64,000 nt of DNA from a virus: IMG/VR virus record IMGVR_UViG_3300028030_000005, positions 1 to 64,000 of that record. The stretch is one strand, 5' to 3'. The notes beneath the pieces were generated by a model that did no database searches, had not been told where the DNA came from, and worked only from the letters and a program-made list of their open reading frames with translations. Below are positions 38,493 through 48,411 of the stretch, one piece after another (position 1 is the first letter of the stretch; every line of letters starts with the position of its first letter). The translations under genes were made by a program, and so were the position numbers.

Positions 38493-39676
38493 ATTATGGT
38501 AGATTGATAGTCAACGTCTATATTGTTTGGATAGTAAATCGGGTCAATGATACCAGAATTATCAATCATAACATCTCCTTGTAGGTCTCTAATAATAAAG
38601 CTTCGTATTCTCGGTAAATGTCCTGCATATGTAGCTATATCTGCTCGCGGATTAAAAAACTGGTCTGGTACATACTTTACAGCAGAATGTTGCTTTACAA
38701 TTTGTAGTAGGTCATCCCATTGAACTGTTTGCATAGGATTCCAGTAGCGATAATCAAAGTACTTAGCAAATTGTTGCTGAATCTCTTGTCGAACTTGGTC
38801 TGCGTTTGCAGTCTGAATCAACTCTGCTCTAAAATCTATGTCTATCAATTTGTATTCTATGTTTTTCACAACGACGTTGATACTGTTATTACTGATATGA
38901 TTGTAATCTATCAGCGATAAGTAGGGAGATATATCAATTGCGAGCTGATTTAATTCGTTTTGTGTAAGGTCTATTCCGTTTTGTGTCGAGATTGCCAACA
39001 CTAATTGTTGTTGTGCATTTACTCCATAATTATGAACACTGAGAATGTTAGAATTGAATTTCAATAAAACTTGCGTAAGGTAGTCCATCGTTCCTCTTGC
39101 TAATACATTCGGACCTTTCTTTATTCGTTTTCTGAATAATTCGTCTGATTCAATATCACGACCTCCAGTAGCGTGATATTCGTTCACTACATATTGATGT
39201 CCTACAGGTTCAGGAGTTACTTGTGTAATTGATAATGGCGGAACATTGGTTGATTTTCCGGTAGATTGACTTCTTACCTTGGCATATCCATACCCTTCTG
39301 AACCTACTATAAAATCATCTGTAAGTTCGAATACAACACCATTTGCTTGAAATAAATTAGTTGCCGCTTGATATGTGGTTCCTGGGTCTGCCACTAACTT
39401 GATGTATGTCGTAGATTTACTTGCCCCATATCTCGGAGCAATTCCTTCTCTCTCTGCAATATCATCTAAATGATATCCGTACGCATATTCAGGAAACAAA
39501 TGACTTTCTACCAGAGCGATGTCTTTTAATGCTTTTTGTGCAACTTTCGCCGTTCCATAAGCAATTCCATTCAAAATAGATTCGTCAGAAACCTTAGTTA
39601 CTTTGTCGGTTTTGTTTAGTAAAACCTCTATGTAGATTCTTTTTAATTCCTCTACCGTACTTACGCGTGTAATCAT
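38489..39676 (-). CDS. Baseplate J-like protein
   Basis: A.G..LD.IA...GI.PR, GKSTNV and GGRDIESDELFRKRI. Confidence 0.9.
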   Translation of the reverse strand: MITRVSTVEELKRIYIEVLLNKTDKVTKVSDESILNGIAYGTAKVAQKALKDIALVESHLFPEYAYGYHLDDIAEREGIAPRYGASKSTTYIKLVADPGTTYQAATNLFQANGVVFELTDDFIVGSEGYGYAKVRSQSTGKSTNVPPLSITQVTPEPVGHQYVVNEYHATGGRDIESDELFRKRIKKGPNVLARGTMDYLTQVLLKFNSNILSVHNYGVNAQQQLVLAISTQNGIDLTQNELNQLAIDISPYLSLIDYNHISNNSINVVVKNIEYKLIDIDFRAELIQTANADQVRQEIQQQFAKYFDYRYWNPMQTVQWDDLLQIVKQHSAVKYVPDQFFNPRADIATYAGHLPRIRSFIIRDLQGDVMIDNSGIIDPIYYPNNIDVDYQSTII

Positions 39677-40581
39677 AGCTGTATTGTTTTTTCTATCTCT
39701 TCTCCGAGACGTGTTCTTACCGTAAAATCAATAAACAAAGCATCTTGCTTGTTTGATATGTTTGTGATATTCAGTGCGGTCAGTGTATCATCTTTTCTAA
39801 ATGTTTGATAAAACTGTCTAAATATCACTGGATATGCGATTGAGTGCCTGTTTTCTCCTATAATTAAGTTTGTTTGCAGTCCGTCGGTGGCAAATTCCGG
39901 AGTGCTACCATACCTCAACTCAGTCAATATATCGACTGCCTGAATAACTGTTTGTTTATACGACAGCGCCTTCAAATCGTCATTTTCAAATGTTATTATT
40001 CGATTTATGTCGATTCCATAAACTCTTTCGCCGTATATATTATCGACAACCGAATCAAGTTTTATTGTCAATTTGCCGAGATATCCTACCAACAAAGAGT
40101 TTCCTCCAGACAAATCATAATCTTGTTCTGACAAGTCATTTCTCAAAGCTATCGTTGCCCATTGATTGTCGTTATCTTTGTATCCAAAATCACTCGATAA
40201 TTGCTCCAATGTTTGTAGCTGTTTCAGTTGACGAATTACCTCTACATTTGGATTAAAGTTGTTTTTGCTTATAGCACTTCTTAGCCACTTACTGCTATTT
40301 TCAATTGTAAGTAAGCTGATGTGCATATTATCCAACAACTCAATCAGTTGCCAAAATTCTGCATTCTGCATTCTATCTCGATGTAGCTCAATTTGCTCCA
40401 ATATATCACGTGATTGTTGTAATAATTTACTTAAATTGTTAAAAGCATTTTTGTCTGCATCAGATACTCCGAGATAATAGTCTAATATTCGTTCTTTATC
40501 GGTATCCATAAACTCAACAAAGTTCGATATATATAATTTTAATGGGTATCTTGTTATATGTATAAACTTATCAATTACCAT
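39673..40581 (-). CDS. Baseplate wedge protein (LysM/gp53-like + gp25-like)
   Basis: TLEQLS...WATIALRNDL segment plus a C-terminal DDL...Q.V...G..P region; precedes baseplate J. Confidence 0.6.
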   Translation of the reverse strand: MVIDKFIHITRYPLKLYISNFVEFMDTDKERILDYYLGVSDADKNAFNNLSKLLQQSRDILEQIELHRDRMQNAEFWQLIELLDNMHISLLTIENSSKWLRSAISKNNFNPNVEVIRQLKQLQTLEQLSSDFGYKDNDNQWATIALRNDLSEQDYDLSGGNSLLVGYLGKLTIKLDSVVDNIYGERVYGIDINRIITFENDDLKALSYKQTVIQAVDILTELRYGSTPEFATDGLQTNLIIGENRHSIAYPVIFRQFYQTFRKDDTLTALNITNISNKQDALFIDFTVRTRLGEEIEKTIQL

Positions 40582-41279
40582 TGTAGATTTCGGATTGAAT
40601 TCGTTAGTTGATTGATTGATTGATTTAACACTCTCATTGACGTTGCTGTTTTTAATGACTTTTTATTTTCAAGAATAATTCTATCAATAGGAGCAATCGT
40701 CGTCATATTCAATGTGTAGTGCCACATCATATTTGATTGAGATTCGTCTTGTCTTAATTGAAAAGCATTGATTTTTACAAGATAATTGTGATTCAGACTC
40801 GGATTGTATAGAAATAACAAGTGTGGTTGTCCATAATCGTCTAACTTTGTTGATTTTTCTTTTATCGACTCTAATACCTTTATTGACCCATATCCTGTTT
40901 TGAATTTTGCATTGAATACATTAGTTTTCACTGACTTATCATCTGAAAAATATCCTTTAGCAGATTGAGTCCTACTCATATCGCTTAACAATAAACGAAA
41001 TTTTCTACCAAAAGTGCCTGTTATCACGTATTTTCTCGGAACAAATGATTCGCTATCTAAAACAGTTACTCCACCTAATGTCTGTTTGACGTTAGTTAAT
41101 GGTTGACTATTGTAGTCAATTGATTTTGGATTGACAGGAAATGTTAAAAACTCTACTGTCTTGCCCTTACTATTGACAAGCTCTAATGTAATAGCATAGT
41201 ACTCAAAGTCATTTGGATACTTTGCTGCCAATCCTGCTCTACCAATATTCGCTAATAACTGCTTTGCTTGTTCAATCAT
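40575..41279 (-). CDS. Baseplate / tail-tube initiator protein
   Basis: F.FPVNP...QTLGG...ITGTFG pattern typical of myovirus tube-initiator proteins. Confidence 0.6.
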   Translation of the reverse strand: MIEQAKQLLANIGRAGLAAKYPNDFEYYAITLELVNSKGKTVEFLTFPVNPKSIDYNSQPLTNVKQTLGGVTVLDSESFVPRKYVITGTFGRKFRLLLSDMSRTQSAKGYFSDDKSVKTNVFNAKFKTGYGSIKVLESIKEKSTKLDDYGQPHLLFLYNPSLNHNYLVKINAFQLRQDESQSNMMWHYTLNMTTIAPIDRIILENKKSLKTATSMRVLNQSINQLTNSIRNLQW

Positions 41280-41755
41280 AAGATGTGTTTCTCATCAATC
41301 CCAATTGAGCGTAACCAACTCGGAACATCGAAACTTGGACACGCCTTATTTGCTAATTGATTATGTCCTACTACCACAATGTCGGGATGTCTTAAAATTG
41401 TGTATTTGACGTACGTTTCTAATGCTTTACGTTGTTCGTCTGTGCGCGTATCTTTTGGCGGATAGTGTTGAAATTCAGCTGGTTTATATTCTGATGCTCC
41501 ACCAACATAAACTACGTGACGTGAATGTGAGTTGTGTCCGCGAACACCATTCGTTAATTCCCACGGCTCTACTAAATCGTCTTGGTCGTATGGTACAAGA
41601 TTTTCTAACTTACCATCAAGATGAATCATATCACTATAACCAACTCTTTTCCATCCTCGCTCTTTTAAATGCCATTTTTCAATATCTTTTCTTGATACAG
41701 GACGTCCTTCAGGTGTGTCTGTACAGTGAATAACTAAATACTTTAACTTTGCCAT
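41276..41755 (-). CDS. N-acetylmuramoyl-L-alanine amidase endolysin (T7 lysozyme-like, Amidase_2)
   Basis: VIHCTDT, RGW..VGY, YVGG, DTRT..Q and GHN...KACPSFDV. Confidence 0.92.
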   Translation of the reverse strand: MAKLKYLVIHCTDTPEGRPVSRKDIEKWHLKERGWKRVGYSDMIHLDGKLENLVPYDQDDLVEPWELTNGVRGHNSHSRHVVYVGGASEYKPAEFQHYPPKDTRTDEQRKALETYVKYTILRHPDIVVVGHNQLANKACPSFDVPSWLRSIGIDEKHIL

Positions 41756-41778
41756 ATGTAATTTTTGTGTAAACTTAC
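41752..41778 (-). repeat. 27-bp exact repeat / endolysin promoter-leader, copy B
   Basis: Identical to 36170-36196; includes the endolysin ATG. Confidence 0.8.
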
Positions 41779-41789
41779 GAAAAAATAAC

Positions 41790-42596
41790 TTATTCTACCA
41801 GCACCTTATTGCTCAATAAAGAATCTATCTTTTGTAAAATATTTGAAAATGTTGATTGGTTGATTGGTGGTGTAGATGTTACAGGAGCTCCTGCTACCAT
41901 TGTGGTTACTTGAATCTGCTGACACGCAGTTATCAAATCTTTTAACAGTTTTTTAAGCTCGTCTCCCAGTACAACCGGATGTTTTGCATTCTTACCTATC
42001 TCAATTTGCTTATCGATTTTGATAGCACTATCAACAGACTCTACCGTCAACTCAATCACTTCTGATGCATCGAGCTCGATTTGTTTTTGTGAAATATTGA
42101 TTGATGATTGTATTTCGTCTGCAATGGCCTTAAATGCAATACTTGACCCTATCGATGGTTGAGAATGTACTACCACACTATACGTTCCTGAAGTTAAATC
42201 AATTGTTCTGCTATAACTAATAGATTCGAATTGCTTATGTTGTACATATCTATTTTCTTGCATTAATTGCGTCTCATCGGCTCGTAAATGAGTTGATACG
42301 ATTGAAACCTGACTATTTTCATCAACAACATATCTGACTAACGTTCCGTATTGTCCTGGTAGTTGTGGAAATGTTAGTTCGTCGATTAATTCTTTTGGAA
42401 TTGACACGTTATTTATCACTTGATTGTAGTTTGTTACTATACTACATAAAAGAGTTGAATATACGTGATTTATATACTGATTTCTTTGTATATCTGATGG
42501 AACGATTACATAGGCAAATCCGCCTTGCTTATTCTTATCAATATCAACGCGCTTCGTTAATTTCAGTGATTTATGTAATCTACGATTTTTTGCCAT
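41790..42596 (-). CDS. Baseplate central spike (gpV/gp5-like)
   Basis: OB-fold-like N-part, beta-rich middle, C-terminal PVVLGDEL...TSTPPIN; likely start MAKNRR at 42596. Confidence 0.6.
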   Translation of the reverse strand: MAKNRRLHKSLKLTKRVDIDKNKQGGFAYVIVPSDIQRNQYINHVYSTLLCSIVTNYNQVINNVSIPKELIDELTFPQLPGQYGTLVRYVVDENSQVSIVSTHLRADETQLMQENRYVQHKQFESISYSRTIDLTSGTYSVVVHSQPSIGSSIAFKAIADEIQSSINISQKQIELDASEVIELTVESVDSAIKIDKQIEIGKNAKHPVVLGDELKKLLKDLITACQQIQVTTMVAGAPVTSTPPINQSTFSNILQKIDSLLSNKVLVE

Positions 42597-45411
42597 AACT
42601 GAATTGCATTTTTCTGATAAAAAATTGCAGTACATCAGAATTTAACTGCATATTTGATTTGTAATTGAATTTATTGCTCACCTTCCCTTTGGTAATTGTG
42701 TCGTAAACTCCTTGCTTCAAATTATCAATATTTACGATATTGAAGTATGATACTGAAATATTCTTTTCGACTCCCTTAATCTTTATTTTAACCGGAATTT
42801 CACGAATATATCGCTTGACCATTCCTCGCTCAACAGTCAACGTAGTAGTACGTTCGATGTTGTTATTTGAAATCGTTATATTATTGCTTACTGACTTAAC
42901 ATAGAACACTTCCTTAGTCGGTCGATAATATATCCAGTGACCTATCTTGATTCTACGGTCACCATTCACAGTAATTGTACCTTCTCTTGTAAATGGTAGA
43001 TAGATGTTACTTTCGACAATATAGCTCAATAATTGTGCTGCTTGTTCTGCGTATAGGTCTATTTGTTTGTTTTGATTTTTGTTGTTGAAAAAGTATTGAT
43101 TGCTGTAATTTGACGTGACTTCGAGCAGTTTATTGCCAAATATCTGCGCGTATTCATCAAAATAAAGAGATGGTACGTGTCCTAATGATACGGTGTTTCC
43201 TGCAAAATTCCCTTTATCTGTTATTTTGTACCACGCATATGCTTCATTACTAAATTGCAAATCCTCACGAATCACGTCGTCAGAATTGATGTTTATTATT
43301 CGTGGGAAATTCGCTGATGACTTAATAACCACTTCGTCAAGCTCTATCCCTTGTTTTGGAATTAATAGGCCATCGTCAGTAACAATAATGTCTGATTTTC
43401 CTGTTTTTTTTGATTGAGTTTTTTGTTGTGATTGTTGAGTTTGTTTGTATTTATTTTTTTGTGTGGCAGTTGCTGTTCCTACAGTAGATTGGGTTGATTT
43501 GTATTGAGAAAAATCTCCCATATCATCAGCATCAATCTGATTAATCATCGCCATTACAGCATCTTGTGTTACTGGCGGTTGTCTGAAATTTAGATAGTAC
43601 TTGTCTCCATACGTATCTGCAAAAAACTCTACAAACGGTCTTTGAGCTATTTTTTGAAACAGCTGTAGAATATTGCCCTTTGGATTCATTATGCTATCGT
43701 CAATGATTCTTAACTGCCGTACATTATCGTCAACAAAAACTTTGATAATCTGCCAAATTCCATTAGTACGTTTTGTTGACTTTATTAAATCGCTGGTAAC
43801 CACTTGCGTTTTATTATTCCACTGACTGAATACCTCGTCAGGAATGTAACCAATCGATGCTATACGATTAGTTATAAATTCTACTTGCTGTTGTATTGTT
43901 CTTGGAATAACCGCGCTTAATAATTTGAATTCGCCGTTTAACATTCGGTCCGATAATTTACCACCGTAAATACTTTGGCTGTGTCCGATGCTATAAGGAT
44001 TAAAATAACTATTATCGTCAGTCAAAACTTTTATCAAATCTCTACCGCGAATTGAAATTGATGATTCATTTGTTGCTGCTGTTATGTCCTTACCCACAAC
44101 ATCTACCATCGCAATCATATCATACCATTTGTTTGAAGGTATTTGGCTTGAATCATTGTCAATGTCTAATTCCTCAAACGATATTAGTAATAGGTCGTTC
44201 TGATGAATCAACTGCTGATAGTAAAATAGTGGTTGAGTATATTCGCTCGATACATTTTCTCCATCAGAATAAACTTTAGACTTATTGACACTACCCAAAT
44301 TCACAACACCATTGTCTGTTTGTATTACAGTAGAGTCTGATATCTTTGCTGGTAGTGTAATTGAAAAGTTCCCTCCAGCATCGAGTGATATATTAGTCGT
44401 AGCACTAACAATATCGTTTGTAATGTTAATCCATCCAGGAAACCCTTGTAGGTGTAGAGCTCTTGACCACAACCAGATATTAAGTTGTGGATAAATTTGT
44501 TTTGCATCAACTCCTCTGTTATATATTGCTGGAACAAATCCAGGGTCGTTGGTTAAGTGACGTAATATCGGAGCAAAATATTGTATAGAGTTGCTTTTTG
44601 TAATCGTTATATTTGATTGTACCAGATTTTCAAGTGATATCCATTCTTGTTTTATATACACAACAGTTCCTACAGCGATTTTATAATCAAACTCAGAATC
44701 ATATTCAATTTTATCTGATTGTTGTTTTCTTTGTTTATTCGACAGCGCATCATATATTCTGCGATGATTTGTCTTGTTTTTATAAGTAAATTGTAAAAAT
44801 TGCTGCTTTTTCACAACAACATTGCGAAATCTGTCTGTTTTTAACAACTCATCGACAGATATTGATTGAGATACTTGATATGGCGTCGTTTTTTCAGCTG
44901 TTGATTGAATGACTTTTACATCGTCGATGCTACTCTTTTCATTTTCGTCGTCACAAGCTGCTTGAAATAAGTTGGTTGGGTTTTGAATAATGTTGTTGAA
45001 TCGCACTTCCAGATGAACGTGATTCGTTATTCCTTTGTATTTTTTGTAAAGATTTTCAGCCGTTCCTATCACATTACCAACTGCAATAGTTTGCCCAACC
45101 ACAACGTTTGGTTTTGCGTATAAAATTTTAACAGTCACTCCTTTAGCACATCCCATTCCTTTAATGATAATAGAATCATATCTATTGTCGTCACTATATG
45201 CTTTTCCTACGTGGATGATTGTTCCTGGAATTGGCGAGCGAATGTCTTGTCCTGTATAGGTCACTATATCGATTCCTTTGTGAGCGCCCGGAACACTGAC
45301 CCACTTACCATTGATTTTTCGCTTTCTACTGGCACCAAATGCGCCCGAACCCGCAGCATCTTTACCGCGGAATCGTTGATTTGGTACTATGTCGTGTAAT
45401 ATTGGTTTCAT
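42580..45411 (-). CDS. Baseplate hub with an N-terminal M23 (LECT2-like) peptidase domain
   Basis: HKGID...HVHLE zinc motifs; hub motifs IRGRDLIKVL, PFVEFF and GTITVNGDRRIKIG. Confidence 0.75.
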   Translation of the reverse strand: MKPILHDIVPNQRFRGKDAAGSGAFGASRKRKINGKWVSVPGAHKGIDIVTYTGQDIRSPIPGTIIHVGKAYSDDNRYDSIIIKGMGCAKGVTVKILYAKPNVVVGQTIAVGNVIGTAENLYKKYKGITNHVHLEVRFNNIIQNPTNLFQAACDDENEKSSIDDVKVIQSTAEKTTPYQVSQSISVDELLKTDRFRNVVVKKQQFLQFTYKNKTNHRRIYDALSNKQRKQQSDKIEYDSEFDYKIAVGTVVYIKQEWISLENLVQSNITITKSNSIQYFAPILRHLTNDPGFVPAIYNRGVDAKQIYPQLNIWLWSRALHLQGFPGWINITNDIVSATTNISLDAGGNFSITLPAKISDSTVIQTDNGVVNLGSVNKSKVYSDGENVSSEYTQPLFYYQQLIHQNDLLLISFEELDIDNDSSQIPSNKWYDMIAMVDVVGKDITAATNESSISIRGRDLIKVLTDDNSYFNPYSIGHSQSIYGGKLSDRMLNGEFKLLSAVIPRTIQQQVEFITNRIASIGYIPDEVFSQWNNKTQVVTSDLIKSTKRTNGIWQIIKVFVDDNVRQLRIIDDSIMNPKGNILQLFQKIAQRPFVEFFADTYGDKYYLNFRQPPVTQDAVMAMINQIDADDMGDFSQYKSTQSTVGTATATQKNKYKQTQQSQQKTQSKKTGKSDIIVTDDGLLIPKQGIELDEVVIKSSANFPRIININSDDVIREDLQFSNEAYAWYKITDKGNFAGNTVSLGHVPSLYFDEYAQIFGNKLLEVTSNYSNQYFFNNKNQNKQIDLYAEQAAQLLSYIVESNIYLPFTREGTITVNGDRRIKIGHWIYYRPTKEVFYVKSVSNNITISNNNIERTTTLTVERGMVKRYIREIPVKIKIKGVEKNISVSYFNIVNIDNLKQGVYDTITKGKVSNKFNYKSNMQLNSDVLQFFIRKMQFSYGKKS

Positions 45412-47138
45412 TAATCGAGTTTACCTATTAATTGGTCGAGCTTGTGTACGATTTTTTCAACATCCTCTCCAATTGGCGATATTAAGTCCTTAAATTTTTC
45501 TGCAAAGTTCAATAATTCAGCTTGCGCTCCAGACGATGAACGCAATGCTCGTCCTTTGTAATCAAGTTCGTGTGTTTTGGCTCCTAAATCAATATCATCC
45601 AATGATTTTGACCCTGATAATAGTGCCCAGATATCTTTCTTACGCATACTACCGCCTGTCAAGCTGTCAAACAATAATGCTTGTGAGTTCAAGTCTCCTC
45701 CCGAACCCTTAACAAAATCAAATAATCCAGACAAATATCCCTTACTCGCAACACCCTTCTCCATCTCCATTTGGAGTTCGAAATATGATTTGTTCGGATT
45801 TTTACGACGCAAGACATCGAATTTAATTGCTTGTGCTTCAGGAGAGCCAGCAGACGTTAATCCTGAATTCAATCTACGCATTGTATCGAATGTATAGTCG
45901 TCAGAATTAAAATTACCACCCATTCCGTATAGGTGCCTCATCAATCCCATTGTTCCAGTTGTTGATGTAGCTCCAGATGACATTAATAAGCTGGTCTGAA
46001 AGTTAGCGAATCCTGACATAACTGCATCCATACGTGCCATATCACTGCCATCTTTTCCAAACACACCAGTGCGATAAAGTGACGAGAATACTCGGGTCGT
46101 CAGTTGTTGAGAGTCTGATGTTCGTGCTAATACTCGCGTTAATTTTTCTAACGTCGTGATTGTTGATTGACTGGTTCCTGTTGATTTCTCTAATTCCAAT
46201 GCATTCATTGTAGCGTCATATCCACCAGCACTTCTACCACGAGCTCTTATAATAGCAGGCATTGATTGAGAAAGGAAGTCCTCACGAGATACACCTAATC
46301 TGCGCGGACCATAATCTCCATATCCTGTCCTACCTATTCCTCCATCAATAATATCGTCAACAGACATCCCTGATAATGCTGCTAATGACGTTGCGCTATT
46401 TTCGCGATTTGCTCTTATTGCTAATGCTCCGACAGATGCTCCAATAATAGCTGTAATTGCGCCTAAAAACGGAAAATCATTCGCTTGTTCGAGTTCTTGA
46501 TTGATGGCAGTTACTCCATCACTACTATTCGTAAATCTACGCGCACTTTGCGCAGCACGAACATAAAACGGACTTCGACGTCCTCCCTTTCCTCCTCCGC
46601 CACTGCCTGAACCTGCAGATTGTTCGTCGTTTTCTTGTGAAAGAGAATCTGCTAATCCAATATATCCTTCTCCTGCATCTGCTAACATAGCTCTATCGAG
46701 CATAGCCTGTTCACGAATTGAATTTGATGTATCAGACTTAATCTCTTGTTGAGATGTTCGTTTGACTGTTTCAATTAATTCGCGAAGTAAATCAATCTGA
46801 ATCTGGTCCTCTTTACTGGATTGACGTAATTCAGAGACTTGTTGTCTGTATTGTTGTTTAAGTGCTGATTGGTCAGCTCCTTCAACTTGAGAAAGTGATT
46901 GGTATCGTCTATCTATCGCAGCACGACGCTGCTTTGCTTCGAGTTTATTTCGCTGTTCGAGAAGTTTTATCTGCTGTTCTATATATTGAACAGACTCACG
47001 TGCATTTTGAGAATTTTGCTGAGCTTCTCTTATTAGCTCATCACCGAGCTCATTTGCTGATTGCCTTAGCTTAGACATTAGGTCAGCTACTCCATTATCT
47101 CTGGCACTAAAAACTATTTCCTTGCGAGTTGAGCTCAT
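45411..47138 (-). CDS. Tape measure protein
   Basis: Follows the tube and chaperone genes; coiled-coil N-part and Gly/Ala/Ser-rich helical remainder. Confidence 0.65.
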   Translation of the reverse strand: MSSTRKEIVFSARDNGVADLMSKLRQSANELGDELIREAQQNSQNARESVQYIEQQIKLLEQRNKLEAKQRRAAIDRRYQSLSQVEGADQSALKQQYRQQVSELRQSSKEDQIQIDLLRELIETVKRTSQQEIKSDTSNSIREQAMLDRAMLADAGEGYIGLADSLSQENDEQSAGSGSGGGGKGGRRSPFYVRAAQSARRFTNSSDGVTAINQELEQANDFPFLGAITAIIGASVGALAIRANRENSATSLAALSGMSVDDIIDGGIGRTGYGDYGPRRLGVSREDFLSQSMPAIIRARGRSAGGYDATMNALELEKSTGTSQSTITTLEKLTRVLARTSDSQQLTTRVFSSLYRTGVFGKDGSDMARMDAVMSGFANFQTSLLMSSGATSTTGTMGLMRHLYGMGGNFNSDDYTFDTMRRLNSGLTSAGSPEAQAIKFDVLRRKNPNKSYFELQMEMEKGVASKGYLSGLFDFVKGSGGDLNSQALLFDSLTGGSMRKKDIWALLSGSKSLDDIDLGAKTHELDYKGRALRSSSGAQAELLNFAEKFKDLISPIGEDVEKIVHKLDQLIGKLD

Positions 47139-47503
47139 ATTATAAGTTCGTCTGATTCATCTTGAATATCTGTGATTGATATTTTATCATAAATATCGTC
47201 AATTTCATCGTTGGTCAGTTGTTGTTGGGTAGATTTTTTTAACCACACTCCCCTACCTGGCACGTATTGTGATATTGGTTGCTGTTCATACAATAGCTGT
47301 TTGTAAAATCTATCCTCCTCCCATTCCATCCGCATATCAATTATTCGTGTGTTGCGATGCTGTTCACTGTTTAGCGCAACTTTATACTTTTCTCTCCACC
47401 AACGGTCTATTGGATATAACTGATTCCACCTGACAATAAAATCACGCAAATGTTGTGATGTAAATGCAGCGACGTCCCTCTTTAATTCAGAAGGACGTCG
47501 CAT
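47135..47503 (-). CDS. Tail assembly chaperone 2
   Basis: RWWREKYK...P motif; lies between chaperone 1 and the TMP; likely start MRRPSE. Confidence 0.55.
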   Translation of the reverse strand: MRRPSELKRDVAAFTSQHLRDFIVRWNQLYPIDRWWREKYKVALNSEQHRNTRIIDMRMEWEEDRFYKQLLYEQQPISQYVPGRGVWLKKSTQQQLTNDEIDDIYDKISITDIQDESDELII

Positions 47504-47519
47504 ATTTGGCTTTATTAGA

Positions 47520-47897
47520 TTATTTGTTCTCACCTTCGTCCTTAGTTTCTACATCTCGAAGTGCTTTGGTAAATTGTTCAAACCACGGAACAAATTGTTG
47601 TTTATATGCTTTTTTTAACTCGGCTAAATCAAATGGGTCGAGCTCTCTCCACGAATTGACTGCAAGGTCCTTCATTAATTGTGGTACCAATATTGATAAA
47701 TAGGCAAACATATCAATATTATCGAGATTGTATTCAGCCCAAACAGTTCTGTTATTCAGCACATCTCCATACCGGCCATTGGCTAAAACAGCCTTCATTT
47801 CCTCTACATCCCACAATTGTCCTGCTGTAGGAGTTTTAACGTGATATGTGTTGTCTTTGATTGTTAATTGTAACGGTGTTCTTAAATTTACGTTCAT
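47520..47897 (-). CDS. Tail assembly chaperone
   Basis: Position right after the tail tube gene; size. Confidence 0.6.
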   Translation of the reverse strand: MNVNLRTPLQLTIKDNTYHVKTPTAGQLWDVEEMKAVLANGRYGDVLNNRTVWAEYNLDNIDMFAYLSILVPQLMKDLAVNSWRELDPFDLAELKKAYKQQFVPWFEQFTKALRDVETKDEGENK

Positions 47898-47916
47898 TTT
47901 GTTTTATTTTAACGGT

Positions 47917-48399
47917 TTATTTTGAATATATCATCGGAGTCAAATATGTGAAGTCTTGATTGTGTCCACTGATTTGACCTTCACTGATTGTTAGTCCTTC
48001 ACGGTCTATAAAAGCCTGATTAATTGTTGCGTGCTTTTTCAATTTTGATTTGATTAGTCCGGTTTGCGGGTCAATAAAATCTTTGGTTTTTTTGAAAACC
48101 ACAACGTCAATTCCGTCCTCTTGTAACAGCATATTGTCGACGAACTCTTGTACAGAACCGGCAGTTCGTTTTATAGCGTCAGGAAGTCCTGTTTTTCGAA
48201 AATCGATTTCATAAAATTCAGCAGAGATATTTCCATTGAATTCTAATGCAGGCACCTCTGATGCGTTGAGTTCTCCGATTCCACTAACACGACCTCGTCT
48301 GTAAGTTTCTGTTATTCGAAGGTTTTTCATCTTACCGACTGTAATTCCTTTAACCTTAATCAAAGCTAATGGTGCGGTTAAAACTTTTTTATCTGACAT
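47917..48399 (-). CDS. Tail tube protein
   Basis: Follows the sheath; IKVKG..VG...V.GIGE...E pattern and FTYL C-terminus. Confidence 0.8.
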   Translation of the reverse strand: MSDKKVLTAPLALIKVKGITVGKMKNLRITETYRRGRVSGIGELNASEVPALEFNGNISAEFYEIDFRKTGLPDAIKRTAGSVQEFVDNMLLQEDGIDVVVFKKTKDFIDPQTGLIKSKLKKHATINQAFIDREGLTISEGQISGHNQDFTYLTPMIYSK

Positions 48400-48411
48400 T
48401 TTTAACGTTTT

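Noticed and set aside
47135-47897. Programmed -1 frameshift between the tail chaperones at the A-run (TTA AAA AAA GCA) near 47610
   Set aside because: The downstream ORF is in the +1 frame, and that frame has a TAG six codons before its start, so a -1 slip cannot join the two.
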